From NCBI GenBank assembly GCA_000320545.1, contig ADNK01002141.1, positions 1-61,950 of the forward strand: DNA of 61,950 bases, read 5' to 3'. The translations under genes and the position numbers were made by a program. The notes beneath the pieces were generated by a model. That model did no database searches, had not been told where the DNA came from, and saw nothing but the letters and a program-made list of their open reading frames with translations. The first letter of the stretch is position 1. Each line of letters opens with the position of its first letter. Of the stretch, positions 42,530-56,203 are shown in pieces. The stretch is from Bigelowiella natans CCMP2755 (taxonomy: Eukaryota > Protista > Cercozoa).

Positions 42530-42579
<50 letters not shown>

Positions 42580-42799
42580 TTGTATAATATTTTAGTTTGG
42601 GGAGAAAAAATGAAACAGTTGTGGCCAAAGGAGTGAAAATGAAACTGTTGGATTGTTTTAGTTTTAAAGTCGCCATTGCTTATTATCAACAATTATCGAC
42701 GTCGTTAATAGCTAGCTATAGCGCATGTCTAGTCAAAAAAATAAAATGGGGTGCATACAAATGCAGCATTCACGGCGTAGCAACATGAAAACAAGGTTC

Positions 42800-44100
42800 A
42801 CCCATCCTGCACAACATTTTGGATCCAGGAAGCTGCAACTGTGATTGCATGAGACAGATGTAATGAATAAATTAAATTCTTTCCATGGTCACCCTAATAT
42901 AGCAATACTGCGGCTGCAGCACTTGAGTGTGTTTGACTCTGCAATTGTGTGTTCCGCCATGCATTCGGACGCATGTGTGGGATGTCGTGCAGTCATAGCT
43001 GTGCGTGCATGCTGTCCATGCAAATAGATGCACAAATTGTGGCAGCTTTGGCGTGCATTGATAACGAGTTCAAATCAAATCAGTTGCAGTGTTGAAAGTT
43101 GTACTTGGGCAGGTATACGATGCGTGTCAAGCAAGTGAGCAATACAGCACGAGAACAATGAGAACACCAGCGATTTGTGGCGTCTCTTATGGTTCACGCG
43201 CCTCACTAGCTCAGCTTTTAACCACGCTTCCCTCTTATCCTCACCCATTGAAACGTTTCAGAATGAATGGTTTGAGGGCGCATCCCGGGGAAGTCTAGAG
43301 GTCACAAAAGTTCCCGAATTCCATCATGCAAGCAAGCAAGACTAGCGGGAAACTATCACAGACGTAACTTGCAAGTGCCTCTCTAAGTCGACACGATGCT
43401 CACAATCTAGCAGTGCGCACGATGTGCTGTGCTGCGCCAATCTGTCACTGACATCTGCTAGCTAGCTAGCCTCAGTACCTGCTTTGCGCCAACGATCGAA
43501 ACTTACTAGCTAGCTAGCTTGATCAGATCTCAGATTTTTTGATTTGTTCATTGCTACCGCAAGTCATCATGCTAGATCGCTGCAAGGATTCTAGGAATCT
43601 GCATCCAAACATGCTAGCATGCACAACATATCGTCTGTGTCAGGCTAGCAGGTTCGGGACTTCTGCTGGAAGCTTTTAGCAAATGCCAACCATTTTCATT
43701 TGTTTTAAGTTCAAGCAACGAGTTCCATGATTTACTATGTAACTAGTGCAAAAGCGTCAAAAGTGAGAAAGAAATGCATGCTAAACATCGCAGCCATCGC
43801 GTCAAAAGTGAGAAGAAATGCATGATGAACATCGCAGCCATCAGAAAGAAATGCATGATAAATATCGCAGCGATCTAGCGATGGCTGCGACATAATTGCC
43901 GCGTCGTCAAGTTTGGAGCTTCAATTTGAGCTAGCGCAGCGCCACGAAAATGCCTCCAGACGTGATCAGATTCCCATGATTCTTGCGTCTTGCATGAACA
44001 GAATCACCTCGCACAATTTCGCTGCAATTTCAGTCACAGCGATGAACAATTGAATGTTCTCTTTTCAAGCATAAAACACGCAATAGCATAGTAGTTGGCA
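42800..44100. other. TpA-depleted, CTAG-enriched spacer between convergent genes, with GCTAGCTAGCTAGC runs and a 3-copy ~44-bp repeat
   Basis: About half the remaining TA in 43330-44100 are in CTAG; repeat at 43754-43871. Confidence 0.8.
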
Positions 44101-44123
44101 GACAACTTGGATAACGTAGCATC

Positions 44124-44551
44124 TCATTCTCTCTTTGACTCTTTCATTTTCAAAGACTGCTCTTGCTTGGCTAGCCAGTGGGCGAGAGACACATGTCCCT
44201 CTAGAGCCGCCATTCTTGCAGGTGTGTTTCCATCTTTATCAGCTTTCATGTGCCTATAGCTTAGACCTAAAGCAAAGCAGAGAGTAGATACTTGTGACTG
44301 ACTGCGGAGAGTTTTGAGCAATTCCACACTTAAATCTTTGCTGAATTCGTAAATGTAGCCATGTTGAATAAAATACCAGCAGTGGTGAGGAGGTACTCAC
44401 ACACTTGCTTTTGACCCTTGACAGCTGCTTTATGAAGGGAACTATGCCCATTCACGTTCAACAATCCTGGATCAAGACCTTTAGATACCAGCCAAACACA
44501 CATCTCCACATCCCCGCTCATGGCTGACCACCTGTTCCAAGTCGTCAAAAA

Positions 44552-44584
<33 letters not shown>

Positions 44585-44665
44585 CAGTAGTTTTGAAAAT
44601 TGCAATTACATGGTGGTGCTTTGCCAAGAATGTGAGCGAGAAAATACTACCACCATACTACTGCA

Positions 44666-44699
<34 letters not shown>

Positions 44700-44959
44700 A
44701 GTGTTGTACGAACTGCATGGCATTGCATCCATAAGAGTTCTTGGCATGTATATCAGCCTTAGCTTCTTCCACAAGCCATCGACATACCTTTGATCACATC
44801 ACCATCATCATCACATCACCATCATCATCATCATCATCATTCATGCAGTGTGCGCATTATTATCAATCCCCAAACTAAGCCACTGTTGTATAATATCTAT
44901 ATACTACAACACACATCTTTCATCATCATCACTGTAATAAGTCCTCGTCAACCTCTTAT

Positions 44960-44991
<32 letters not shown>

Positions 44992-45281
44992 GGTATTAAC
45001 AATAATAATAATTATCATCGCATACATCGCAGTCGTTCTTGTATGATACGTGGATGTTTATTATTATTAATTACATGATGATGGCCTTTCCATACCGCCC
45101 AATGAAGAGGCGTTGTTCCATCTCTTGTACCCAGATTCACGTCTAAGTTCCCTTCTCCTCCTCTTTGAATGTTATTATCGATTGGTAGCGAGCAACAACA
45201 ATAGTAAGTTATTCTATTCTACCCGCAACTATTATTATTATTATGTCTTCCAGGGAGGGGAGGGAAAATTAACGTTCACGC

Positions 45282-45318
<37 letters not shown>

Positions 45319-45325
45319 TATATAT

Positions 45326-45405
<80 letters not shown>

Positions 45406-45421
45406 GTGTATTTAGACATTA

Positions 45422-45461
<40 letters not shown>

Positions 45462-46026
45462 GAGATTAACGACTAGGTTAGGATAAATATATGTTACCGT
45501 GCCAGCAGCCATTTGCATACTTCAAGGTGGCCATTTCTGCATGCCCTATTATAGTGATCAATTATTAAAAATATGATGATAATCTTGGAAAAGAGAAAAA
45601 GAAACCGTGTTGCTTCATTAGCAAATTATTGTGCGCTCGTAGGCGTTTTTTGGTTACATGACAGTTACCAATGAAGTGCATTTCTCCCGTCCTTTTTCTG
45701 ACGAAAATCCTTCACATTTATAAATCCAAATAATTGTGGTGTTGATGACGATTTAAAGAACAAATAGGCTGTGTCTTTTATTATGCAATAAGCTATTCAC
45801 TCAAAATAGCATAACAATAATAATAGTATAATTGAAGCAGCAGCAGTAGTAGTAGTAGTAGTAGTTGTTGTTCTTGCTGGTGTAGTTGAAGGAGATGATG
45901 GGCTTAGGTTACTACTTACTACAGGCACAGCAGCAGCAGCGACAAGCCATTTGCAGACATGGAGGTGACCAGATCCAGCTGCCCTATATATTATATTAAT
46001 TAGTGAGAGAGGGGGAGAGAGAAAGA

Positions 46027-46063
<37 letters not shown>

Positions 46064-48135
46064 AAATACACGTACTCGTTGTGAATTGTTAATCGAACGA
46101 AGAAATGAATATGATATTATTCAAATTTCCATCATCTGAAGAGGAGAAATTAAAAGGAGAAAGAAAATCGATGGCATCCAACCACAACATAATCATCATC
46201 AAGACAAGGAAGAATATGTGCCAGCATTCGCGTATGCATTGCACAAATTCTTGCTTGTTTTGTATTGTAATAAGACAGTTATTGCGGGGAATTTGGTCCT
46301 CTCTCCCATGAATGATGGCATTGTACAAAGTACTACTACAATACGAGCATTATTAATTTCTTGACCAGAGTAGTGCCGTTGAGCCATGTCTGTCGATCGT
46401 GTGTTTTGGATCAAATTCTCCTAATTTAACGAGTTTGCGCATCTGTTGCCATAAGAATGATATTTGTGAGAAAGCAAGCAAGATCGTAGGAATGATTTAT
46501 GATTCAATGCTAGTGTCTATGGACAATTGGTAGTTGAACATATGGAAGAGGTGTATAAACACATCATCAATTATTTGTTTGTTGTTAAACTTGTTCAAAG
46601 TAAATATGTTAATGTTGATTTCGAACAAAATTGCTCAGTAAGTAACGACCGACGACGCTCACATGACTTTCTCTAAATCACCATCCCTCGCAGCTGCAAG
46701 CCCAGGATGTAGGCGATTGTGCTTACTACAATCGTGATGATGGCGGCTATTTTCTCGCTTTAGGAGTACTGCTGCTACTGATTGAGCATGCTCCTTCTCC
46801 TTTTCCTTTGCCTTGGGAGAGACTACAACTCTTGGAGGGCTATAAACTATTAACTGTTTGCTCAGAGAATCAGCTATGCTCTGAAAACAAACAACACACA
46901 TAATCATCAGAGAATCAGCTATGCTCTGAAAACAAACAACACACATAATCATCATTTTCATATTTTACAGTAACTGATGGTATTCCATGCGAACATTTCG
47001 TAATTAGATCTAGGTTGAGTCGGTTCAAGTAGCAGATACTTTACGCTCATCACTGATACTAAATCGTGCTACTGCTGCTGCTGCAGTAAGTAGTTGTTAT
47101 TTTCTTTTACATATCCTTCTTTCTATTATATTGCATGACTTTTGCTTCTCCATAATGAGCTTCATGCGCGATTTGCTGGTGAAGCCTCAAACCCTAGTGG
47201 TAGTGGTAGTTGTGGTAGTAGTTGATGATGATGAAAGGAGTAGGAGGAGGAGGTAACCAGCACAGAAGAACATTACGACGACTCATGAGAAGAAGGAAGA
47301 GGTTATGATACAGCACCAGTATATAATAATACCACCTTGTTTCCCTTAAAGAAACGCGCACAATCCTTGCACAGCACAAGTCCTTTCTCTTTCTGCATTT
47401 CGAGATGGGAAGTAGTGATGACTGAGAATTAAGTGTACATATTTTAGAATCTTGGCTCAAATAGCATTTATTTTTTTTTAGCAGCTGTTACCGATGATCT
47501 TAGCATCCTGATATTTTTTTGGCTGCTTCTTTTGAAGCACACAATTTTGTCCAAATTCTGTTGTTTCTGAATCATCATCATCATCATCATCTTTTGGCTG
47601 CTGGTTACGGCTCTTGTCGGCTTTATTGATGACCATAATAGGAGCACCGTGTTTGCGAGACATGCATTCCACGAGATGAATAGTATTATTTGCTTTCCCT
47701 ATGGGCAATGCCTCGATAAACGCATGTGCCAGTGAAAGAGGTGAAAGAAACTCCCTAGTCAAACCCAAATCTGATGACACTGTTGCTGATCCTTTGCCTT
47801 TAGCCAGATCATGGAAGATAAACTTCGCTGCATGGGTCTCGAAGTCCCCCGATGTCTTGCTTTGACATCTTTTAACCCTAGCTCGTCGATAGCTCATGAC
47901 ATGTTTGGTGTAAAGGTTTCCACAAACGGCCTGAATACCTTCAGCTATGTATTCTTGAACTACGCGTGCAAGATTATTTGTGTCTACTTTGTTTTTGTTT
48001 TCACCATCATTGGATGAAATCATTTAGTTTAAGAACAAAATATTCTTAAGCATGATTGCAATGTATGGCAGCACTTGGATCCTTCTTTGACGACCGACAT
48101 TTCTCATCCAATCGAACTTGATCATCATTGCTCAT
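44124..48135 (-). CDS. Ankyrin-repeat protein with uncharacterised N-terminal region
   Basis: Ankyrin exons AAARDGDLEKV, DRHGSTALLW|AAGSGHLHVCKWL, DGRNALHW, DGTTPLHWAVWKGH, YGCNAMQ|WSAMSGDVEMCVWL, NGHSSLHKAAVKGQKQVCEYL, DGNTPARMAALEGHVSLAHWL. Putative ATG at 48135. Confidence 0.85.
45288..45457. repeat. Inverted microsatellite (CA)n-(TA)n-(TG)n inside an intron of the ankyrin gene
   Basis: About 15 CA and about 17 TG units flank a long AT-alternating run; self-complementary. Confidence 0.9.
46862..46953 (-). repeat. 45-bp perfect tandem duplication of a 3' splice site of the ankyrin gene
   Basis: Minus strand gttgtttgttttcag|agcatagctgattctctga twice. Confidence 0.92.
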
Positions 48136-48642
48136 TGCACGTTCTATTCGTTGATGACAGACAACACGGAAGACTACTTAAAGTAAAAATTTAAGATTTC
48201 CAGATTTTAGCACCGAAATAGGTTGTCGTATGATGAAAATCGCCTCGACAACACATGATATTTAGTGTTAATAATTTTTGCACGGATCCGACTGAGCATC
48301 GTCATCTATCTCCTGCTTCTTCCACTTCCACCATAACTTGGGATCTAGTAGTAGTAGTTGTAGCAAAAGGAGGAGGAGAGACATCAGGAAGTAACTAGCT
48401 AACTAACTAACTAGCACTTCGTTGCTTCATCCTTCCCACCAATCTACTATTCATACATTTCTGGTGATGCACTACTACCACAGGGAGGGGTTCTTACTAC
48501 CATTGGACAGCAGAAGGCACAGGGCAAGGAAATAAGATTTTTTAAGTAGAAAGGAATCAAGAAACGGGGGCGACCAAGATACCGACACATTCCACATTCC
48601 TTCCTCAGATTCACATCATCCTGACTCTTCCCAAAAACTTCG

Positions 48643-50477
48643 ATGTGTTCAATTCGAAGAGTCTACGACAAATACTTTGACTTTATTGTAAAAGCAAAAT
48701 GGTTCATAATCGTTTTCTGGTTGATCATCTTGGGTTTAGGTAGGTTGTAATGCTTTCTACATTATTCGTTCATCCTCTTCCATATCGTAGATAGCAAGCA
48801 AAAATGGATGATTATTTACATATAATGTTGTTCTTTTTTTACTTACTCAGGAGCGGGATTTGGTTTCCAATTCTTATCTGCTGTTTCGATTAACGTCAGC
48901 CCACCGAAGGGTTGCTTGAAATATTATTAGATTTATGTCAACGAAGATGTATCAATTATTTTGTTTTTGTGGGAAGGAGTCCTCCTACATTCGAAACTAC
49001 TACTTCTATCTTTACTGCTTTGCCTTTGTGGCGGCAGAGGCATCACATGTTGTCGATTGCGGTCATGATTATGTTAGTCACCAAATACAATAACCAATTC
49101 TTTGTTGTTCTGCTTACTGAAGGTACCCCTGGATATAATGCAAAAAATGCTTTTGAGGATTTGTTCCCCAATCGTGCAAATCCTCAGAGTTATATATTTT
49201 ATTTTGAATGCAACGGTTGCGACAATATTCGGGAAAGCGAAAACAACGTTACCTATTACCGTGCTAATAGGTATGTAGATCTACGCATCGATAATTATTG
49301 TCCCCACTTTTTTCCAGGACGAGAATATTGTTGCGAACTAATAGTTATCTCTGCTGTTTTTCATATCTGAATGAATCAAGATTGATAGAAGCTGCAAGTA
49401 ACTGGAAAGGCGGATTCGTGATTTCCAATCAAACTTGGTCATTGGGATAATAAACACCCAACAATGCAATACTACCAGCCGGATTTATATTTGAGATTAT
49501 TCTCTATGCATCTATCTATTGAATGGTTTAGGTGGTCATACCCAAATACCACTTTATACACTTCTATCAAGGAAAGGTAACGTTATTCGACGACTGTGTT
49601 CAGTCAATGGAGAGACCCATTTCCACCACCGTAAACAAATGGTGTTTGCATCATATCAGATTTCTGCCTCCTAACCATCCTCGATCGATGATAACTCTCA
49701 TTACTGCCCAAGCTTCGCATGATACAACGCAGCTCCAGAAATTTGTAAATTAACGATGAGATGTTTCACATGTTTGTCCTCCATCATTACTGTTCTATTT
49801 GAGATGAGATGGCCTTTGCCATTTTTGTTGCTTTTTTATTTCTTATTTATCTGTTTGGATGGTCGTGACCTTGCTTTTTTATTTCTTATTTATCTGTTTG
49901 GATGGTTGTGACCTTGTCCCTAATGTCTTCAACTACCACCCATCATATTTTATCTCATAGGTTAAGCACGTGCGAGGGTCTATCTCAGATCTAAACCTTC
50001 CCTCGAATTACTACATTGGATTCCTGGTATTATTTTTTTATAATTGATACGAATAATAACACTAGGAATAACAACAACAGCAACAATTATGCTAGTAGTG
50101 GCACGATTGCGAGCATATTTAGTATCACCACAAACACAGCTGTTGATTGTTAGGACTACATAGTTTGTTGTTTACTGTCGTGTAAGTACAGATCATACTG
50201 TTTCTTCTGTCTGTATTATTCTCCACACATTGTTATGTTAGACACACATATATACGTACATCTATCATCATCATCATCAGGGGAGTAACACGATACTAGT
50301 GGATTCTGTTGAAGAGTGAGGCGCTAATCATGACCTCATTGGAGATAAACTGATTATCGATGACAATGAATAATGTTTTTTATTATGAATAAATCTTACC
50401 TGCATGTATTGGTCAGATCATCTACGACAGTAACAAAGATTGACTTGGTCGTCCTGCCTCTCGCTCTGGTAATGATG

Positions 50478-50508
<31 letters not shown>

Positions 50509-51019
50509 TTTGTACATGAATGAAAAGCACACATACTTTTACTAATATGTGCTAACTATATTTATGCACAATAAATTATAAATACACAATGATGGACCAT
50601 ATAACCTATGAATGGAAATAAATATTACGACAACATGAAATGGTAAAATGCCTCTTCTAAAGAATTGTAATATGCAAACCCCTCCCCCAATATTAAAGCT
50701 TGTTCTAGTTTATGTGGTGCAAAGCTGGAGGATGGTGATTATACCGGTAGTAGCAACAACGGAACATGATCATGATGATTATCAACAGTCGTGGCACGAA
50801 CTATTTTCTCGAATAAAAATTTATGTTTTTGATTTTATCGAAAAAATATATAAAAGATCCAAGATCCAATATACAAATAAACATTTTCTTTTTTTTCGAA
50901 TACCACATTCTTCCTCGTAGTAGTTTTCCTTTTAATAGTAACCAACTCATGCTTCGGTGTCAAGGAGCTTCTATCAAAACTACTACCCCACAACACCACC
51001 ACCACAACCACTCTTTAAT

Positions 51020-51052
<33 letters not shown>

Positions 51053-52259
51053 ATATGGTTGATGCTGCCACACCAATCATTCTCAATCATTCTCAATTTT
51101 ACTTACCACATAATAATAATAATCATCATCATCATCATCATCATCCCCCGCAACCTTACTTACAATCGTCTCTTTAATAACTAACTTTTCGCAGTTGATG
51201 TTGAGGATATTAGAACTACTAAACTTCTTTTCCAGCACCCATTTCTCCCTCTTTAACGTTGTTTTGCATACACATAGATTATCAATGTGTCAACGTGTCT
51301 CCTTTCTTCCTTTGCAATGGTAGTAGTGCTCATGAAATAATCAAGAATGATTGCAGCAATATTCTTACTGCTCCGTTGGTTTCTTCATCACTTCGTTTTA
51401 CAATTTCGTGTGTTATTCGTTCAGATGTACGGTTTAACTCAATACACGGCAAAAGCACCTAGCTTTGTTCCATCTGTCATGGAAGCCATGGTCATTCTTA
51501 TAGCACATTATCATGTATATGATGTATTCACACTTGTTATTATCTTCACCTGGTACATCGTTGTTCTATCTATAATACCACCTTGATGGGTAGCATAAAT
51601 GAACGGTAATTCAAAAATGCTGCAACATCTACTGTTTACTATATACGTTAAGAATGAATGAAAGATGATATTTATATAATTGTTATCATTATCAGGTTAT
51701 TGCATTATCAATAGATTACAGTTTGTTCCTGTTAACTCGATATCGATTTGAGATCATGAACAACAAGCGAAGAGGATCTTCAGGTCGTTATTACCACCAT
51801 TTATTAGAATTGATAGAGAGAAGGATGGTGATACTAGTGATTACGAATACCAAATGAAGGGACAATATCCTTTTCCGAAAAGTAGTAAAATGAAATAAAA
51901 TCCAGATAATAATAATATGTCGTTGATGTTGATGTTGTTTCTTCAGCCGTTCGAGAAGCAGTATTCCATGCTGGAGAAGTGGTTAGTGTCTCATAATACC
52001 TACCACCTTTGATCATCATCATTATTATTATCACCATCAATAACTAGAAACTCAACAAGGTTCCTCTCATTTTTGTTATATTCACACATCATTGTCATCA
52101 TTATGATCATCAGTATCACCAAGCAAAACAATCTTTATCATATTTGTTCTTCATTTTATTCCTATCACCGTATGTGTTAATCATTAGCATTAAGAACGAA
52201 TATGCACTAAAATTTTGATTTCTATTGTTTTAGCCAAATTATACTAACACTCTCATATT

Positions 52260-52291
<32 letters not shown>

Positions 52292-55200
52292 TTTGTTAGT
52301 TTGTTTCCTATCCATGGTCTCCTTCTCCTCCCCCCCCCCATCTGTGTAACATTCATCGTTCCCATTTTGCACTTATTCTCTCAGGTTTTCATGAGTGGAT
52401 TGACGTTAGTATCTTGTTTCTTGGGAATCACTGGTTTCCCTACGCAGGTAGTAGAAGAATAAATAACCCTTGTTATGCAACTAAATACCACTACTACTAC
52501 TGCTACATTTGGAGGAGGGGGTCGTGTTGTTATCTATCACGTTACTACTATACTTTGTCTTGTATGACGTAGTAACTACTACTTATCTTCATCAGACAGT
52601 TTACATGGTGGGAGTTGGATGCTCACTCTGCTTGACGATGGTCAATAGTACACATTATTATTATACAAGAATAATAACAATTGTGTCAAACGACGAATAA
52701 ATTAGGAACAACGACGAGAACAAGAATATATATAGGAGTTATTATTCGTGTGATCATATGCATGTTTAGATGACAGAAAGGCGAATGTCATCTTATCATA
52801 TCTGCTCATCATTGTGTGTGTGTGTGTGTGTGTACTGGCTTTTGTTAATCAACTACTACTTCTCAGGCTCTCGTGATAAATCTTACGATGACTCCAGCCT
52901 TATTGCTGGCATTTCCTGTTTTCTTCTCCACTTTCCAATTCTTACCATTCTGCACCAAGAAAGAGGTAAGAGGGAGAAGTATATAATAAAATGTATAGAG
53001 AGTATGATAAGATGGATATATTGTGTCTTTGTTCGTCGCCTTTTTATGAATTTGAAGTATTATTTATTTATTGTTTCTAGCATCTAATGTCTGCTGCTGC
53101 TGGTGCTGCTTCTTCTGTAAATTATTATATATGCTAATGTCTGCTGCTGCTGCTGGAAGGAATTTGGAAATGATAAATATGGAGGAGGACAAGATGGGGA
53201 TGATGACGCCATAAACAGTGGCAGTGGATATATTCTTGCTCCTGATGATGAGGTAAGTAGTCGCTACTAGGTTAAAGGAAGAGAACTGGCAGCACATGAG
53301 GAGGATGCTATTAACATTATTATTATAATGTTTAACTTTTGTTCTTATTCTTCTTCTTCTTCTTCCCTTTCTCCCTATGTTGTGTTTGGAAAATAATCAG
53401 GACAATCCTAATGTACCTCGTAGCGATGAATTCGATAATGGCATGTCTATTTTTGGAGTTGATACAGCTGATGAGAAAGGAGAAAGAGCAATGAGTACTA
53501 TCTAGCTAGTAGTAGTAACAACAATAGTCATGCTGATGCTGATGCTGCTCGATAATCATATTTCTGCATATCTGTAATTTGGTGGTAGTGATAGAATTAT
53601 GCAGCAGTTTTTACTACCACTACTATCACTAATACATGATATACCACTAATACTAGGAGGAGGAGAAGATCGTCCAAGTCTTACATTGCATCAAGAAGAG
53701 GAAAACAATGAAAATATGCGTAAAAGCTACTGGTACTACTACTAGTGGTAGTAGTAGTAGTAGAGTCACCATTATCATCAATGATCATCATCTTCTTCTT
53801 CTTTATTATGATTATTATTACCAAACATTATACGATATCCAATCTCTTGTCCTTCCTTTAGGTATCGTTCCACCAAGGCACTTATCAAGTGGCCATACGT
53901 TTATTTGGTATACATATTTTTATTATTATTATTGTTGTTGTTGTTATTATTTTACATGTTAAAATAGAAATTAGTAGCGCACAGCGCATGATACAGAATA
54001 ATAGATATCAGTGTGCTTATTTGTCTTGTTGATTTCAAGTATTATTTGTCTTATCCATAATATAATTATTATCATCATTTCTTCTTTCATTAGACAATCC
54101 TCATTCCTTTGGCTCTCATAGCTCCTGCAGCATTGTCACTCTTTGACTTTAATTATAGTGTTGCAAACACCCAAATAGCACCAAGGTGATACTACTATAT
54201 CCCAAATTGCAAGAGAAAGGAGGAGAACCTGTATTATCAGTTTCTGACTATCTTGATTTATAACTTATTGTTGTCTTCTGTTTTATAATGCATTCTCAGT
54301 TGTTTTGTGTTAATAATAATCCAGGAATTCTCCTTCAATCGAGTGCTACAAGAGGATAGAGTCAACATTTCCTTTAGGGTAGTAGTACAGAATATGTTTG
54401 TTGGTGTTGATTCGCATTAGAAATCATCTATGTGAGAAATGTCGTAGGATTGTACTTTAGATTGTATGCAGCAGTTGGTAGTAATATATGTGTACTTTAC
54501 ATAAATGCAACAAAATTTAAAAGAAGAAAAAGAAGAAGGATAATCGATAGAGCCAGATAATAAGTCGTAAAAGTCGGTGTCCAAATAAATAAATCCATGC
54601 TGCCTACCTTATAATATAGTCTGCAAATGAGATTGCTATGTTATTATGTTGAGGAGCATATACCCATCGTCACCTTTTCATATTTTAAACAACTACTTTT
54701 TAATTAGTTTCTTACAACACTTTGATATTTTCTTCTTTCTTTTTTTCCTGGATCAAAAATAAATATTTTGTCATCAGGATTTTGCAGCATAGTGACATGT
54801 GCGAATTATGTTTTCCATTTCCCTTCCTCCTACATAGGTTAATGGATCCACTCTATGTAATCATAGACGCATCCTCCCTCGGACCAAATGCGGTAATAAT
54901 TAATATCAGCAATAACGATAATAATCATACTGATATGATAACATACTTCTTGCTGCTGCTTAATAATTCATATTATTGGTTATTACTGTAATTAAGGTGA
55001 AAACAGAGGCATTTTTCAATACGTCCGCAAAGATAGCAGAACTGATCATTGAGCGAAGTGAAGTGAGCAGTTCCGAGATAACTGCTGTATCGTATCCAAA
55101 TGGTACGTGAGGGAGAAGAAGAAGAAGAAGAAGAAGATGATGATGATGATAAAATACTGCTTCAACTTATATGTGCTTACATTCACCTGTGATACGCAAC

Positions 55201-55307
55201 CGTGAGATCACTATTGTACACTGATTATGTGTGGGGATATTCCTGACTGAATAATGCCATACATCACAACAATAAAGAACAAGTTATAGATACCTCACAA
55301 AATTTGG

Positions 55308-55339
<32 letters not shown>

Positions 55340-55507
55340 CAGTACAGGAGTAAGAGTAGTGGTTGATTGATTGATTGATTGATGATGATCACTTAATGTT
55401 TCCATTGTTTCTACGTTCTTGCATCATCAATTTAGGAGCTTATTTAAGCTGGGCTGCTGCGTCATTCGCTCTGTCGAATCCGTCGTTATCAGGTGTTGTA
55501 GTTAGCA

Positions 55508-55540
<33 letters not shown>

Positions 55541-55564
55541 AGTAATGTCCTACTGGTAGAAGTA

Positions 55565-55601
<37 letters not shown>

Positions 55602-55973
55602 CAACAGTAATGGTGATAATGATAATGATGATGATGATGATGATGATGATGGTGATGGTGATGGTGATTTCTTCCAATTTTTTTTATCTGACATTGCTCT
55701 ACTTCTTCCTACTCCTTTTCCTCCTCCTCCTCGTCATCATCATCATCATCCTCCTCATCATCATCATCTATTCGAACAACCATCTTTGCATCATGCTCCT
55801 TGCTGCAAGGACCTTATCCTGCTTATTTCAATTCATCCACAAACGAAGGTAGTAGTCGTTGAGTATTAACTTGAAATCATCATAATCATCATCATCATCA
55901 TTATCGATGATCATCCGTATAAATAGTGGTAGTATCATGCTGGTACTTGTTCTCCTCTTACTAATAATAATGA

Positions 55974-56004
<31 letters not shown>

Positions 56005-56168
56005 CGTGGTTACTGGTAGGAATTCATTGTTTAATAGATTACTTACATTATGCATTCACGATTTTTCAGATTGTGAGACTCTTTCTTGTTTAAACATATT
56101 GTTGAAAGTATATCACCAAACCAATATTTAGTTAGTAATTATCAAATTGCAGCATATATATATTGCAC

Positions 56169-56203
<35 letters not shown>

